Shown one piece after another: positions 29,838 through 39,375 of a stretch of 64,000 nt of DNA. Position 1 is the stretch's first letter. The number at the start of each line of letters is the position of its first letter. The translations under genes and the position numbers were made by a program. This stretch comes from Candidatus Lustribacter sp. (GTDB lineage Bacteria; Vulcanimicrobiota; Vulcanimicrobiia; Vulcanimicrobiales; Vulcanimicrobiaceae). The stretch covers positions 2,240,001-2,304,000 of the forward strand of contig OZ255842.1 in assembly GCA_965277805.1 (NCBI GenBank), given 5' to 3'. Under the pieces are notes generated by a model, which searched no databases, was not told the origin of the DNA, and saw only the letters and a program-made list of their open reading frames with translations.

Positions 29838-30830
29838 ATGCCCGATTCACTCGATCACGCGGCCACCCAACGGCGCAAGTTTCGCGAGTTGCTCGCCCGG
29901 CCGAAGCTCACGGTAATGCCGGGCGGTTTCAGCCCGCTCTATGCGCGCATGGCCGAGGAGATAGGTTTCGAAGCGTTCTTCATCGCCGGTTCGCAGACGG
30001 CCGCGTTTTTGTACGGCGTACCCGATAACGGCATCATCGGTCTGCGCGAGATCGCCGATCACGTTCGCCAAGTCGCAGCGCGCGCGGGAATTCCGATTCT
30101 GGTTGATTGCGATACCGGCTACGGCAATGCGGTCAACGTGACTTACGCCGTCGAGGAGATTATCCGTACCGGGGCGGCTGCGCTGCAAATCGAGGATCAA
30201 GAGGCACCCAAGAAATCGGGCACGGTCGCCGGCCGGCGCTGCATTCCGATGGCCGAGGCCGTCGGCAAGATCGCGGCCGCGACCGCCGCGCGCGACGCGA
30301 TGGAGCCGTCCTTCGTGATCTGCGCGCGCTGCGATGTGCTCGGCGCCGAAGGCGGTACGTTCGAAGATGCCGTGAAGCGTTCGGTCGCCTATGCGAAGGA
30401 AGGCCGAGCCGACCTCATCTGGCTCAACTCCGTTCAGAGCATCGAAGACGTGCATCGCGCGTGTAGCGAAATTCCGGTACCCGTACTGGTGGTATGGGGC
30501 GGACCGCTGCCCGCGCCCACGCCCGCCGAATACGAACGCGCCGGGGCAAAGATAGCGCTCTATCCGGCCATTGCGGCAACGTCCGGCATGAACGCCGCGT
30601 GGCGCGTGCTCAACGATCTGCACGAACGCGGTCCGCAAGCGATTTATGATTACTCGGCCGAAATTCGGGCCTCGAAGTGGGGGCCGGCCGACCAAAACGC
30701 GCTGGTAAAACTTGAACGCGTGCGTGCGATCGAAGATCAGTTCTTGCCCACCGAAGTGAAGCGCGATTACGATAAAACCTGGGGTCATGTCAGCATCCTG
30801 GCACCCGACGCCGGCGGCCCGGCACACTAA
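29838..30830 (+). CDS. isocitrate lyase/PEP mutase-superfamily enzyme
   Basis: GFEA..IAGS, PDNG, DCDTGYGN, QIEDQ..PKKSG, ICARCD. Confidence 0.9.
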   Translation: MPDSLDHAATQRRKFRELLARPKLTVMPGGFSPLYARMAEEIGFEAFFIAGSQTAAFLYGVPDNGIIGLREIADHVRQVAARAGIPILVDCDTGYGNAVNVTYAVEEIIRTGAAALQIEDQEAPKKSGTVAGRRCIPMAEAVGKIAAATAARDAMEPSFVICARCDVLGAEGGTFEDAVKRSVAYAKEGRADLIWLNSVQSIEDVHRACSEIPVPVLVVWGGPLPAPTPAEYERAGAKIALYPAIAATSGMNAAWRVLNDLHERGPQAIYDYSAEIRASKWGPADQNALVKLERVRAIEDQFLPTEVKRDYDKTWGHVSILAPDAGGPAH

Positions 30831-30845
30831 GTGAGGAAGAGCCCG

Positions 30846-31805
30846 ATGCAATCTTCATTCCACCTGCACCGCGGAGCGTTCCTGAGCGGGCTCGCTGCCG
30901 CTGCACTTCCGTCCGTGCTCGGAGCGCAAGAGCTCACCAAGCTGCGCATCGCCGGTACTCCGGATCAGGATATCGTCGGCAGCTTCTGGGCGCAACAGAG
31001 CGGCATTTTCCAGCGCTACGGTATTGACGCCGACGTCACCACGATCAGCAGCGGCGCGGCGATTTCGGCGGCCGTGATCGGCGGCTCGCTCGACATCGGC
31101 AAATCGAGCCTGCTGGCGTTGATTCAAGCGCACGCCAAGGGCATTCCGCTCGTCATCATCGCGGCCTCGCTGCTGTACAATGCCGCGAAACCGATCACGG
31201 CCCTCGTCGTCGCGAAGGATTCACCCATTCACACCGGCCGCGATCTCAACGGCGCAACCGTGGCCGTGACCGCGCTCGGAGACTTCTACTCGATGATGAA
31301 CGCCGCGTGGATCGATACGCACGACGGCGATTCCAAATCCGTCCACTTCGTCGAGCTGCCGTCGCGCGCGGCCGCCGATGGAATCACCGCCGGCCGCGTC
31401 GCCGCAACCACGCTTACCGCACCGCTGCTCGATCAAGAACTGCAGAGCGGCAACTTCCGCGTGCTCGGCTACCCGTTCAGCGCCGCGGCGAACGTGTTTC
31501 TGCTGACCGCCTACTTCTGCACGGCCGACTTCGCTGCTAGAAATCGCGCCGTTTTACCGCGCTTCCGGCGCGCGCTGGCCGAATCGGCCACCTATGCCAA
31601 TGCGCACCGCTCCGCCATGATTCCGGTCATCTCGAAGTATAGCGGCGTCGATCCGGCAACGCTGGCGGCGATGCCGGACGTGCCGTTGGCGCAACCCAAT
31701 CAGCTGCAGGCTCCGCTGATCCAGCCGCTGATCGACGTCGCCGTAAAATACAAGTCGATTCCCCAGGGCTTCAGCGCCAAGGAGCTGCTTGACCCATCGA
31801 TCTAG
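30846..31805 (+). CDS. SsuA/NMT1-type ABC substrate-binding protein
   Basis: HRGAFL signal, GAAISAAVIGGSLDIG, DLNGATVAV, WIDTHDGD. Confidence 0.87.
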   Translation: MQSSFHLHRGAFLSGLAAAALPSVLGAQELTKLRIAGTPDQDIVGSFWAQQSGIFQRYGIDADVTTISSGAAISAAVIGGSLDIGKSSLLALIQAHAKGIPLVIIAASLLYNAAKPITALVVAKDSPIHTGRDLNGATVAVTALGDFYSMMNAAWIDTHDGDSKSVHFVELPSRAAADGITAGRVAATTLTAPLLDQELQSGNFRVLGYPFSAAANVFLLTAYFCTADFAARNRAVLPRFRRALAESATYANAHRSAMIPVISKYSGVDPATLAAMPDVPLAQPNQLQAPLIQPLIDVAVKYKSIPQGFSAKELLDPSI

Positions 31806-32737
31806 CGCAGGACCGCCGGATCGATCAAGTCGCGCGCTGGAAAGCTCGCGAAGTCGTTATATCGCGCGGTGATGTCGATCTGCGGTTGCACGAGCGCGGT
31901 AGTGAGGTCCACGCCATACGCTGCCCGAATCACGGACGTGATGGTGGCCGGATCGATCTGCGCGTATTTCACGAGGATCTCAGCGCTCCTGGCCTGATCG
32001 CGTTTGTCGTTGGCCCAGAGCGCCGTCTCGCGCATCGCCGCCGCGAACCGCGTCACCAGATCCGGATGCGCGGCGGCCCACTCAGGGGCAGCGAACCACA
32101 CGGTGCGCAGGTTGACTTTTGCGATCGCATCATCGGCATACGCGAGCAGACGGCCGTCCTTTTTCGCCGGCGCGAGGAACGGTTCGGCGACATACGCTGC
32201 ATCGACCCGGCCGGCTTCGAGCGCGGGGGCCATCGCGGGATAGGGAAGCTCGATGAACTTCACGGTGCTCGAGTCGCCACCGTTCTTGTCGATCCACGCA
32301 CGCGACGCGTACTCGGAGCCGGTCGCAAGACCGGGAACGGCAAAGACCTTTCCATTGAGATCCTTGGCGGTGTGAATAGGTGAGTTCTTCGCAACGATCA
32401 CTTGATTGACCGGCGCAGCGTCGGTCCACAACGCGGCCGGCGCAATCACCGTCAGCTTGATGCCTTTCGAATAGGCTTTCGAAAGCGCGCCGACGTCGGA
32501 GTAGCCGATGTCGGCGGCGTTGCCGGCAACGGCCGCGACCATCGCACTACCGTTCTTACCCGGAATGAGCTCGACATTGAGGCCGTGCTTCTGAAATATT
32601 CCGAGGTCGAGTGCGTAGAACGGCTCGGCGCCCGAGTCGATGTACGTCGTCGTCAGCCGCACGACGGCTGGTGCTTGCGCTGCGCCGGCAACCGGCAGCA
32701 GCGCAAGGATCGTGCAGAGCAGTGCGCTCCTTCTCAT
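31802..32737 (-). CDS. SsuA/NMT1-type ABC substrate-binding protein
   Basis: MRRSALL signal, DLNGKVFAV, WIDKNGGD, RVDAAYVAEPF. Confidence 0.87.
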   Translation of the reverse strand: MRRSALLCTILALLPVAGAAQAPAVVRLTTTYIDSGAEPFYALDLGIFQKHGLNVELIPGKNGSAMVAAVAGNAADIGYSDVGALSKAYSKGIKLTVIAPAALWTDAAPVNQVIVAKNSPIHTAKDLNGKVFAVPGLATGSEYASRAWIDKNGGDSSTVKFIELPYPAMAPALEAGRVDAAYVAEPFLAPAKKDGRLLAYADDAIAKVNLRTVWFAAPEWAAAHPDLVTRFAAAMRETALWANDKRDQARSAEILVKYAQIDPATITSVIRAAYGVDLTTALVQPQIDITARYNDFASFPARDLIDPAVLR

Positions 32738-32775
32738 TGTTGAGACCGACGTTCGCGGTGCTGGGGTCAGATTAC

Positions 32776-32815
32776 TTGACTGGCCGGCGCCAATGGCCTT
32801 AAAATTAAATTCCAT
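32776..32815 (+). promoter_or_regulatory. promoter TTGACT-N18-TAAAAT with operator-like TTAAAATTAAATTCCAT (32799-32815) running into the ATG
   Basis: Read directly; lies in an SBP/Rieske divergent gap. Confidence 0.65.
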
Positions 32816-34007
32816 GTCGCTATCGCGCGAGCTGAACGAGCTCTTGACACAGGTCGGGCCGGGCACGCCGGGCGGAAACCTGCTGCGTTACTATTGGATG
32901 CCCATCGCCCCGGCCGCCGAGATCACACCGGAACGGCCGAAAAAACGCGTCCGCGTTCTGGGCGAGAATCTCGTGCTCTTCCGCGACGGCGCCGGCCGTT
33001 TCGGCTTGGTTCCCGAGCAATGTCCGCATCGCAAGTGTTCGTTGTTTTTCGGGTTCGCGGAAGACGATGGGCTGCGCTGTCCCTATCATGGCTGGAAGTT
33101 TTCGACCGAGGGCGAGTGCATCGATCAGCCCTTCGAACCGCCCGGCTCCAATCTCAAAAAGCTCGCGCAGCGTCCGCCCTACAAGGTCGAGCAGCTCGCG
33201 GGCATCCTGTTTGCGTATCTGGGGCCCGAACCGGCGCCGCTGCTGCCGCGCTGGGATCTGATGGTTCGGAAGGACGGCTTGCGCTCGATCGTCGTGATGT
33301 CGCAGCACAGCCATAACTGGCTGCAGGCGCAAGAGAACTCGCACGATCCCGTGCATCCGTTCTACCTCCACGCCGGCCTGATGAAGGCCCACGGTGTCGA
33401 AGAGAAGTTCAAGGCCGAGGTCGCGTACTTCAGCCGGCCATTGGAAGGCTTCGATTTCGAACTGCGGCGCGAGCCGGGCTGGATCGGCTTGATGAAAAAG
33501 CGCATTTTCGCAGACGAAAGCGTCGAGCAAGAGTCGGGCAATCCGGCCATCTTTCCCAACGTGCTCTTCGCACCTCACGGAAAACAAGTCGTGATCCACT
33601 GGCGTACGCCGGTCGACGATGCGCATACGAACATCACCTGGCTGGAATTCACGCCGAATGCCGGCGGCATCGAGCTCGAGCAGCCCGATGACGAGATCCC
33701 GGTGCGATACGTCGCACACCCCAAACGCCCCGACGGCGAATATGATCTCACGACCTTCGAAACGCAAGACCAAATGGCGTGGGAAACGCAAGGCCCGATC
33801 GTCGACCGCGAAACCGAACTACTCGGCGCATCCGACCGCGGCATCACGATGTTCCGCAAGCTTCTGCGCGAACAAATCGAACGCGTTCAACGCGGGGAGG
33901 AACCCGAAGGACTCATCCGCGACCCGGCAATCAACACATCCATCTCATTCAAGGTCTCATCCGGCCAACGCACCATGCGCGAACGCCTAGAATCCACCGC
34001 CGGCTAA
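32814..34007 (+). CDS. Rieske oxygenase (LigXa/phthalate dioxygenase-like) #3
   Basis: NELLTQVGPGTPGGNLLRYYW, CPHR...CPYHGW, ENSHDPVHPFYLH, QD..WETQG, LGASDRGI. Confidence 0.93.
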   Translation: MSLSRELNELLTQVGPGTPGGNLLRYYWMPIAPAAEITPERPKKRVRVLGENLVLFRDGAGRFGLVPEQCPHRKCSLFFGFAEDDGLRCPYHGWKFSTEGECIDQPFEPPGSNLKKLAQRPPYKVEQLAGILFAYLGPEPAPLLPRWDLMVRKDGLRSIVVMSQHSHNWLQAQENSHDPVHPFYLHAGLMKAHGVEEKFKAEVAYFSRPLEGFDFELRREPGWIGLMKKRIFADESVEQESGNPAIFPNVLFAPHGKQVVIHWRTPVDDAHTNITWLEFTPNAGGIELEQPDDEIPVRYVAHPKRPDGEYDLTTFETQDQMAWETQGPIVDRETELLGASDRGITMFRKLLREQIERVQRGEEPEGLIRDPAINTSISFKVSSGQRTMRERLESTAG

Positions 34008-34030
34008 CGACGCGGAGTGCAATTTTTTCT

Positions 34031-34160
34031 TGTCATGCCGAGCGGAGCGCCAAAGGGCGCGTAGTCGATGTACGCGCGAAAATTGCGCCTGGAGCCAGGG
34101 CAATGCCACGACGTTGTCCTTCAACCGACCACGCGCACTCCGCGCGCTTCCCTCAGGATC
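34031..34160. repeat. degenerate REP/MITE-like inverted doublet between convergent genes
   Basis: Left arm TGTCATGCCGAGCGGAGCGC..GCGCGTAGTCGA; imperfect inverted right arm ..CGACCACGCGC..GCGCTTCCCTCAGGAT. Confidence 0.55.
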
Positions 34161-36357
34161 CCGCGGGGGCGAGCGCTGCAAGGTCTAGGCGGATGTCATG
34201 AGGATCGCCTTCGTCTTTTCGGCAGATGTCTACGGAGTGCAGTAGACCGCAGGCCGGGCAGGCGTAGCGACGGGCCTCGAGTTTTGCATGCACGATGAGG
34301 CCCATACCGAGTTCTTCGGCGTTTGCCGTCGCGTACGCGGCAGACGCACGCCAGTTTTCGCTTGCAGGCGCAAAGGCATGACCGCAGCGGCAGACGGTCC
34401 AGAACGCGCCCGCATCGTCGCGGCGCACTTCAAGCCGGTCACCGATCCGGCAAGACCGTACGAGCGCACCTTTCGGTTCGGCCGTTCGCGGCATGCGCAC
34501 CGGCCAGGCGGTGCGTTCCGCGCGTAGCGCCGCGCGGCGTTGATCGCTTGCCGCAACGTCGATGTGCCCGTCCGCATCGAAGATGCAGCCGAAGAAACGC
34601 GATGCGGCTTCGCGCGTGATTGCGGCCTCGTCGAGATCGTGTGCGAGATCTTCGAAAGTGCGTTCGAGCGGATCGCCCCAGCCCGCACCGGCGGGCGGAT
34701 CGGCACGGACGACGTCGCCCGCGCGGAGCACGAGCGTTTGCGGCGGCGGTTGCGGCGAAACATACGTTTCGCCGTCGATCTCATCGAAGAGCGGGATGTG
34801 TCCGCCCGCAAACGTAGCTTCGACGTCCGTATTCCGCAGCAGCACGCTGCCCATTTCCGATCCCGGGTAGCCGCCGAACACGCCGGTTGAATCGGGCACG
34901 TGCCAGGTGCGGCCGATGCGCTGGAAGGTCGGTTCCGAGCCGTGCGGCGTGTAGACGCCGACCACGCTCGAACCGCCGCGCCGCCGCCCGGCGCCGCCGC
35001 CGTCGGAGGCCCAACCGCGCCGCAGGTAAAGGATCGGCAGGTCTAGCTCGAGCGCTTCCACGTTGCTGATCTGCGCGCGCACGATGCCGTGATGGCCGTG
35101 CGCGGACACGCCGTCGTGATCGGAATACGCGCCCGCGCCCGACGCCAACACGTCGAATGTGCGGCCGGCAAAACGTTCGCCGTTTTGATTCGTGCCGTAA
35201 AAGAACAGCGACCCGGGACGCCCGCACGATGCCGCCGCGGCTTCCGGCAAGTAGAGATCGGAGCAAGCCGCGAGGCGCGAGATCGCGAGCGTCGTCGCGA
35301 GGTCGACTTCCCAGACCGCACCGCTGATGTTCCCGCTGACCGCCGCCGGGCGCCGCGCGTTGCAGATGCGCCCTTCGGGGCACGTTACCTCCAGCACGCG
35401 ATAGATGCCCGCGTTCCACGGAATGTCGTAAGCCAGCGTGGGCAGCAGCGCGCCGGAAATTCCCGCCATCAAACCGCCGAAGGTGCAGTTCGTCGAATTG
35501 GCAACTTGCGGCGAAGATTTCGAGTAATCGAGCAGCAGCCGGTCACCCGTTTTGGTCATTTCAACGTGCACGACCGGCACGTCTCCGAACGACGGATCGT
35601 ATTCGAGAAAACCCGCCGCCGTAACGGTCGCATCGGGCAGCTCGCGCAGACGCGCACGCAAACGTATTTCGGACGCGTCGCACAGCGCCGCCATCACGCG
35701 GCGCAGCATCGGGACCCCATAGCGCCGCGCCAGTTGGCTCAACCCGTCGACTGCAGCCATGTTGGCAGCGAGCAGGCCTTTGAGATCGAGGCTCATCGTC
35801 GCCGGATGGCGGCAGTTACCGAGAATGAAGCGCCACAAATCGGTGCGCAGCGCTCCCCCTTCGACGAGCTTGAGCGGCGGCAGCAGCAGCCCTTCCTGAA
35901 ACGCTTCGGTCGCCGGCAGCATGACGCTGCCTTCGTACAAGCCGCCGATGTCCGACATGTGCATCATCGCGCCGGCCCAGAAAAGCAGCTCGCCATCGAT
36001 AAACACCGGCGTCATCAGTGCCATGTCCGGTGCGTGCACGGAGCCCGCCCAGGGATCGTTGACGACAAACGTATCGCCGGGCCCGATGTCCGGCGCGCAG
36101 TCGGCGATGACGCTCCGGCACAGTGCCGCCATGGTTGCGGCGTGGTGCAACACGGTCCGTCCCATCGCGGCGACCGAACCGTCGGCAAGGTAGAGACCGA
36201 CGTTGTAATCCGACATCTCGGTGACGTGCTTCGAGCCGGAGATCGTCGTCAGGCGCGCCGCCGACTCATCCGTGATACCGAGAAGGCGGTGCCGGATCAC
36301 CTCGAACGTGACCGCATCGGTCGCATCCGGGAGCGGCGGTTGTTGGAGCGTACTCAT
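34153..36357 (-). CDS. hydantoinase B/oxoprolinase subunit + acetone-carboxylase-gamma-like domain (#2)
   Basis: Same motifs as #1 (NDPWAGSVHAPD, HMSDIGG, CRCG..ENWR..CPACG); ATGA-coupled to upstream gene. Confidence 0.9.
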   Translation of the reverse strand: MSTLQQPPLPDATDAVTFEVIRHRLLGITDESAARLTTISGSKHVTEMSDYNVGLYLADGSVAAMGRTVLHHAATMAALCRSVIADCAPDIGPGDTFVVNDPWAGSVHAPDMALMTPVFIDGELLFWAGAMMHMSDIGGLYEGSVMLPATEAFQEGLLLPPLKLVEGGALRTDLWRFILGNCRHPATMSLDLKGLLAANMAAVDGLSQLARRYGVPMLRRVMAALCDASEIRLRARLRELPDATVTAAGFLEYDPSFGDVPVVHVEMTKTGDRLLLDYSKSSPQVANSTNCTFGGLMAGISGALLPTLAYDIPWNAGIYRVLEVTCPEGRICNARRPAAVSGNISGAVWEVDLATTLAISRLAACSDLYLPEAAAASCGRPGSLFFYGTNQNGERFAGRTFDVLASGAGAYSDHDGVSAHGHHGIVRAQISNVEALELDLPILYLRRGWASDGGGAGRRRGGSSVVGVYTPHGSEPTFQRIGRTWHVPDSTGVFGGYPGSEMGSVLLRNTDVEATFAGGHIPLFDEIDGETYVSPQPPPQTLVLRAGDVVRADPPAGAGWGDPLERTFEDLAHDLDEAAITREAASRFFGCIFDADGHIDVAASDQRRAALRAERTAWPVRMPRTAEPKGALVRSCRIGDRLEVRRDDAGAFWTVCRCGHAFAPASENWRASAAYATANAEELGMGLIVHAKLEARRYACPACGLLHSVDICRKDEGDPHDIRLDLAALAPAGS

Positions 36358-37286
36358 GCGGTCAGCGTCTCGCGCGCGAACGACAGATCCCACATCTCGA
36401 GCGGATTGAAGCCGTCGAGGCCGGCGTACTGCGCGCGCGCGATCTCGAGCGCGTTCGCCAAGCCCGCGATCGTCGGGAGTGGCGAGCCGCCAACCTCAGC
36501 GACGAGATGCCCCACGATGCGCGCGATATCATCATCGCCGTTCATGGTGAAGTGTTCGCGCAAATCTGCGAGACACTCCGCGGTCACGAGGTCGAGCGTC
36601 CATCCCGGTTCGCTGCTTACGCGATGGTTGGCATCGTGCATCGCGTGCGCGAGCGCGCGAATCGCTTGCGGTGCTCGTGTTACCAAGGCTTCTGTCGTGG
36701 TCGGAATGACGTGGCCCCCTTCGAATGGGAACGGCGGCGTGGGAATCTGGTGCAGTCCGGCCGCGAGCGCGGCATCGGCGTAGGCCGGCGACATAAAACA
36801 GGCATCACAGCGGCCATCGGCTACGGCTTTCCAAACGCCCCAACGACCGAGTTCCTTCTCCTCGACGACGACCTGTTCGATCTCGTGGAGCAGACCGAGA
36901 TGGCCGAAGGCGACCGTGGGCAGCGAACGTTGCGGGCCGTGATCGCGCACGGCGATGCGCTTTCCGCGCAGATCGTTCATCGACTCAATCGATCCGCGCA
37001 CGAGCAGCCATTCGGTCCACACGTGCGCAGCCGAAGCGACCGTGACAAACGGTGCGCCGGCTGCCCGCAGGCGTTGCAAGCCCCAGTAGTTCTCGGCCAG
37101 CACATCGACCTCACCGCGGCGGAGCTTTTCACTCCAATCCTCGCTGCCGGCTTGACGATGACGCACGAGTTCGACCTCGAGGCCGTACGGCGCGGCGCAA
37201 CGCCGAAGCGCACACAGATAGGGCAACCGGTCGACATCGCGATAGAGCAGCGTCAGCCGCAACTCAGCGGGCGCGGATGACGACAT
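36354..37286 (-). CDS. signal-less binding-protein-fold protein, paralog of 24989-25924
   Basis: LLYRDVDRLPYL, ENYW.LQR, DLRGKRIAVRD.GPQRS, FNPL.MWDLSF shared with the paralog. Confidence 0.78.
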   Translation of the reverse strand: MSSSAPAELRLTLLYRDVDRLPYLCALRRCAAPYGLEVELVRHRQAGSEDWSEKLRRGEVDVLAENYWGLQRLRAAGAPFVTVASAAHVWTEWLLVRGSIESMNDLRGKRIAVRDHGPQRSLPTVAFGHLGLLHEIEQVVVEEKELGRWGVWKAVADGRCDACFMSPAYADAALAAGLHQIPTPPFPFEGGHVIPTTTEALVTRAPQAIRALAHAMHDANHRVSSEPGWTLDLVTAECLADLREHFTMNGDDDIARIVGHLVAEVGGSPLPTIAGLANALEIARAQYAGLDGFNPLEMWDLSFARETLTA

Positions 37287-39375
37287 TCCCACCATGGTCT
37301 TTGACCGCGCGCTGGTTCGGCCCCAGCACGACGGTCGTCCCGAAGAATTCGAGAATCGCCGGCCCGTCGATGTCCGTATCCGCGGGGACGCGTTCGCCGC
37401 GATAGATCGCGGTCGGAACCATCTCTTTCTCGAACATCACGTTGCGATCGCCGAGCTTGGCACCGGCCAGCGATTGTTCGGCCGCTCCGTTCTCGGACGG
37501 CGACACGCTCGGTGAGGGCACGCGCCCTTCCACGCGGAACGTGTTGATCTCGATTCCGGCCTCGGCGAGACTCGTTCCCGGACCGTAGATCCGCTCGTAG
37601 CGCAGGTAGAAGTCGCGTATCAGCGCGTCGAGCGCCACGCGATCGAGCGGGTCGTTCGCGACCGGAACTGCCAACTCGTGCACTTGCTTGCGGAAACGGA
37701 AGTACAGGGTTCGCTTGAGCTGCAGCTGCGGATGCTCGTGCATGGCGGCGCGGCAGCGTTCTTCCAATTGCGCGAAGGTCCCGTTGATGCGCTCGAGGTC
37801 AAAGTGCTCGGCGGGATTCGGCGTTCCGGGCGGCGTGTGCTGAGGATCGCTGCGCTGAAAGCTGCGAAAACGATCGGACGATACCGCGCCGTAGCCGGAG
37901 TGTACGGTCGCCGTGTGCGGTACGACCACGGTGGAAATACCGGCCTCTTGCGCGATCGCGTAGCCGTGCGTCGGTCCAGCGCCGCCGTAGGCGAACATCA
38001 CGAAGTCGCGCGGATCGTACCCCTGCTGAACGGTCAGCGTACGCACGAGATCCGCCATTTGGTTTTCCGCGACCGAACGGATTCCCGATGCGGCTTCCGT
38101 TACCGATAGGCCGAGCGGCTCGGCAATGTGCAGCCGGATCGCTTCTTCGGCCAGCTCGCGATAGAGCGGGATGGCCCCGCCGAGGAAATACTTCGGATCG
38201 ATGATGCCGAGCACGACATCGGCGTCGGTAACCGTCGGCCGCGTTCCACCTGCACCGTAGCAGGCCGGCCCGGGCACGGCGCCCGCGCTTTCGGGACCGA
38301 CCAGCAGCACGCCGTGCTCGATCGACGCGATGCTCCCGCCACCGGCGCCGATTGCGGTCACGCGAATCCGGGGCGAAGCGATATGGTAACTTCCGGTGAT
38401 ACTCTGCGTTGCGACCAGCGGTTCGCCGTCGACGATCAGACCGGCATCGAAGCTCGTGCCGCCCATGTCGCCGGTGATGACGTTGGGAAAACCGAGGCGG
38501 CGCGCGAGCGCGGCCGACGCGAGGACGCCGCCGGCCGGACCCGAGACCATGAGCTCGACCGCGCGACCGCCGGCCTCGCGCGCTTCGACCACGCCGCCGG
38601 CCGAATCCATTACGGTGAAGTCGCCGGTGAAACCGTTCTGCCGCAGACGATCCTCGAGCACTTGCACGTAACGGCGAATGATCGGTCCGAGGTATGAATT
38701 GACCACGGTCGTCGCGGTGCGCTCATATTCGCCGATGATCGGTGCGATCTCGCAAGAGAGGGTGATGAAAACGTCCGGGCACTCTTCGCGAATGATGCGC
38801 GCCGCTTCGATCTCGTGATCCGCACGAACGAACGACCAGAGAAAGCAGATCGCGACGGCATTCACGCCCGCCTCGCGAATCCGCTGCGCGGCCGCTTGCA
38901 CTTGATCGAGCTGCAACGGAACGATCTCGGCGCCGGCGGAGTCGAGCCGCTCGTCGATTTCGATGATGTCTGCCCGCGGCACGAGCGGCACCGGATTGCG
39001 GCGTTCGCTGTAGTGGCTCGAGCGCTCGCCGATGCCCGTCCACGACCCCATCGCGCGCTGAATGAACATGGTATCGGCGAAGCCGCGCGTCGTAAGCAGT
39101 ACGGTACGTTCGCCCTTGCGCTCGATGTAGGCGTTCGTTGCGGCGGTCGTCCCGTGCGCGAAGTAACTCACGCTGCGCGTGAACTGCTCGAGCGTCAAAT
39201 CGTGATCGGCGGCCGCGAGCTTGAACCCTTCGAGCACCGCTTGACTGCGGTCGCTCGGCGTCGTCGGCACCTTGAATTGACGCAATGCGCCGGCTTCGTC
39301 GATCACCACCATGTCGGTAAACGTCCCGCCGATATCGGTCCCAACCAGGAACCGCCGCCCGTCAGTCGTTGGCAT
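37264..39375 (-). CDS. hydantoinase A/oxoprolinase-family ATP-binding subunit (#1)
   Basis: GTDIGGTFTD, HGTTAATN, EYERT.T, SGPAGG, DMGGTSFD, IGAGGGSI, SAGAVPGPACYG, TVTDAD, YGGAGP. Confidence 0.94.
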   Translation of the reverse strand: MPTTDGRRFLVGTDIGGTFTDMVVIDEAGALRQFKVPTTPSDRSQAVLEGFKLAAADHDLTLEQFTRSVSYFAHGTTAATNAYIERKGERTVLLTTRGFADTMFIQRAMGSWTGIGERSSHYSERRNPVPLVPRADIIEIDERLDSAGAEIVPLQLDQVQAAAQRIREAGVNAVAICFLWSFVRADHEIEAARIIREECPDVFITLSCEIAPIIGEYERTATTVVNSYLGPIIRRYVQVLEDRLRQNGFTGDFTVMDSAGGVVEAREAGGRAVELMVSGPAGGVLASAALARRLGFPNVITGDMGGTSFDAGLIVDGEPLVATQSITGSYHIASPRIRVTAIGAGGGSIASIEHGVLLVGPESAGAVPGPACYGAGGTRPTVTDADVVLGIIDPKYFLGGAIPLYRELAEEAIRLHIAEPLGLSVTEAASGIRSVAENQMADLVRTLTVQQGYDPRDFVMFAYGGAGPTHGYAIAQEAGISTVVVPHTATVHSGYGAVSSDRFRSFQRSDPQHTPPGTPNPAEHFDLERINGTFAQLEERCRAAMHEHPQLQLKRTLYFRFRKQVHELAVPVANDPLDRVALDALIRDFYLRYERIYGPGTSLAEAGIEINTFRVEGRVPSPSVSPSENGAAEQSLAGAKLGDRNVMFEKEMVPTAIYRGERVPADTDIDGPAILEFFGTTVVLGPNQRAVKDHGGNVVIRAR

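Noticed and set aside
35089-36783. 564-aa plus-strand ORF (and similar long ORFs 3943-5412, 40752-42044, 45128-46585, 17220-18503)
   Set aside because: Antisense or alternate-frame shadows of well-supported genes in GC-rich DNA; Arg/Ala-rich with no motifs
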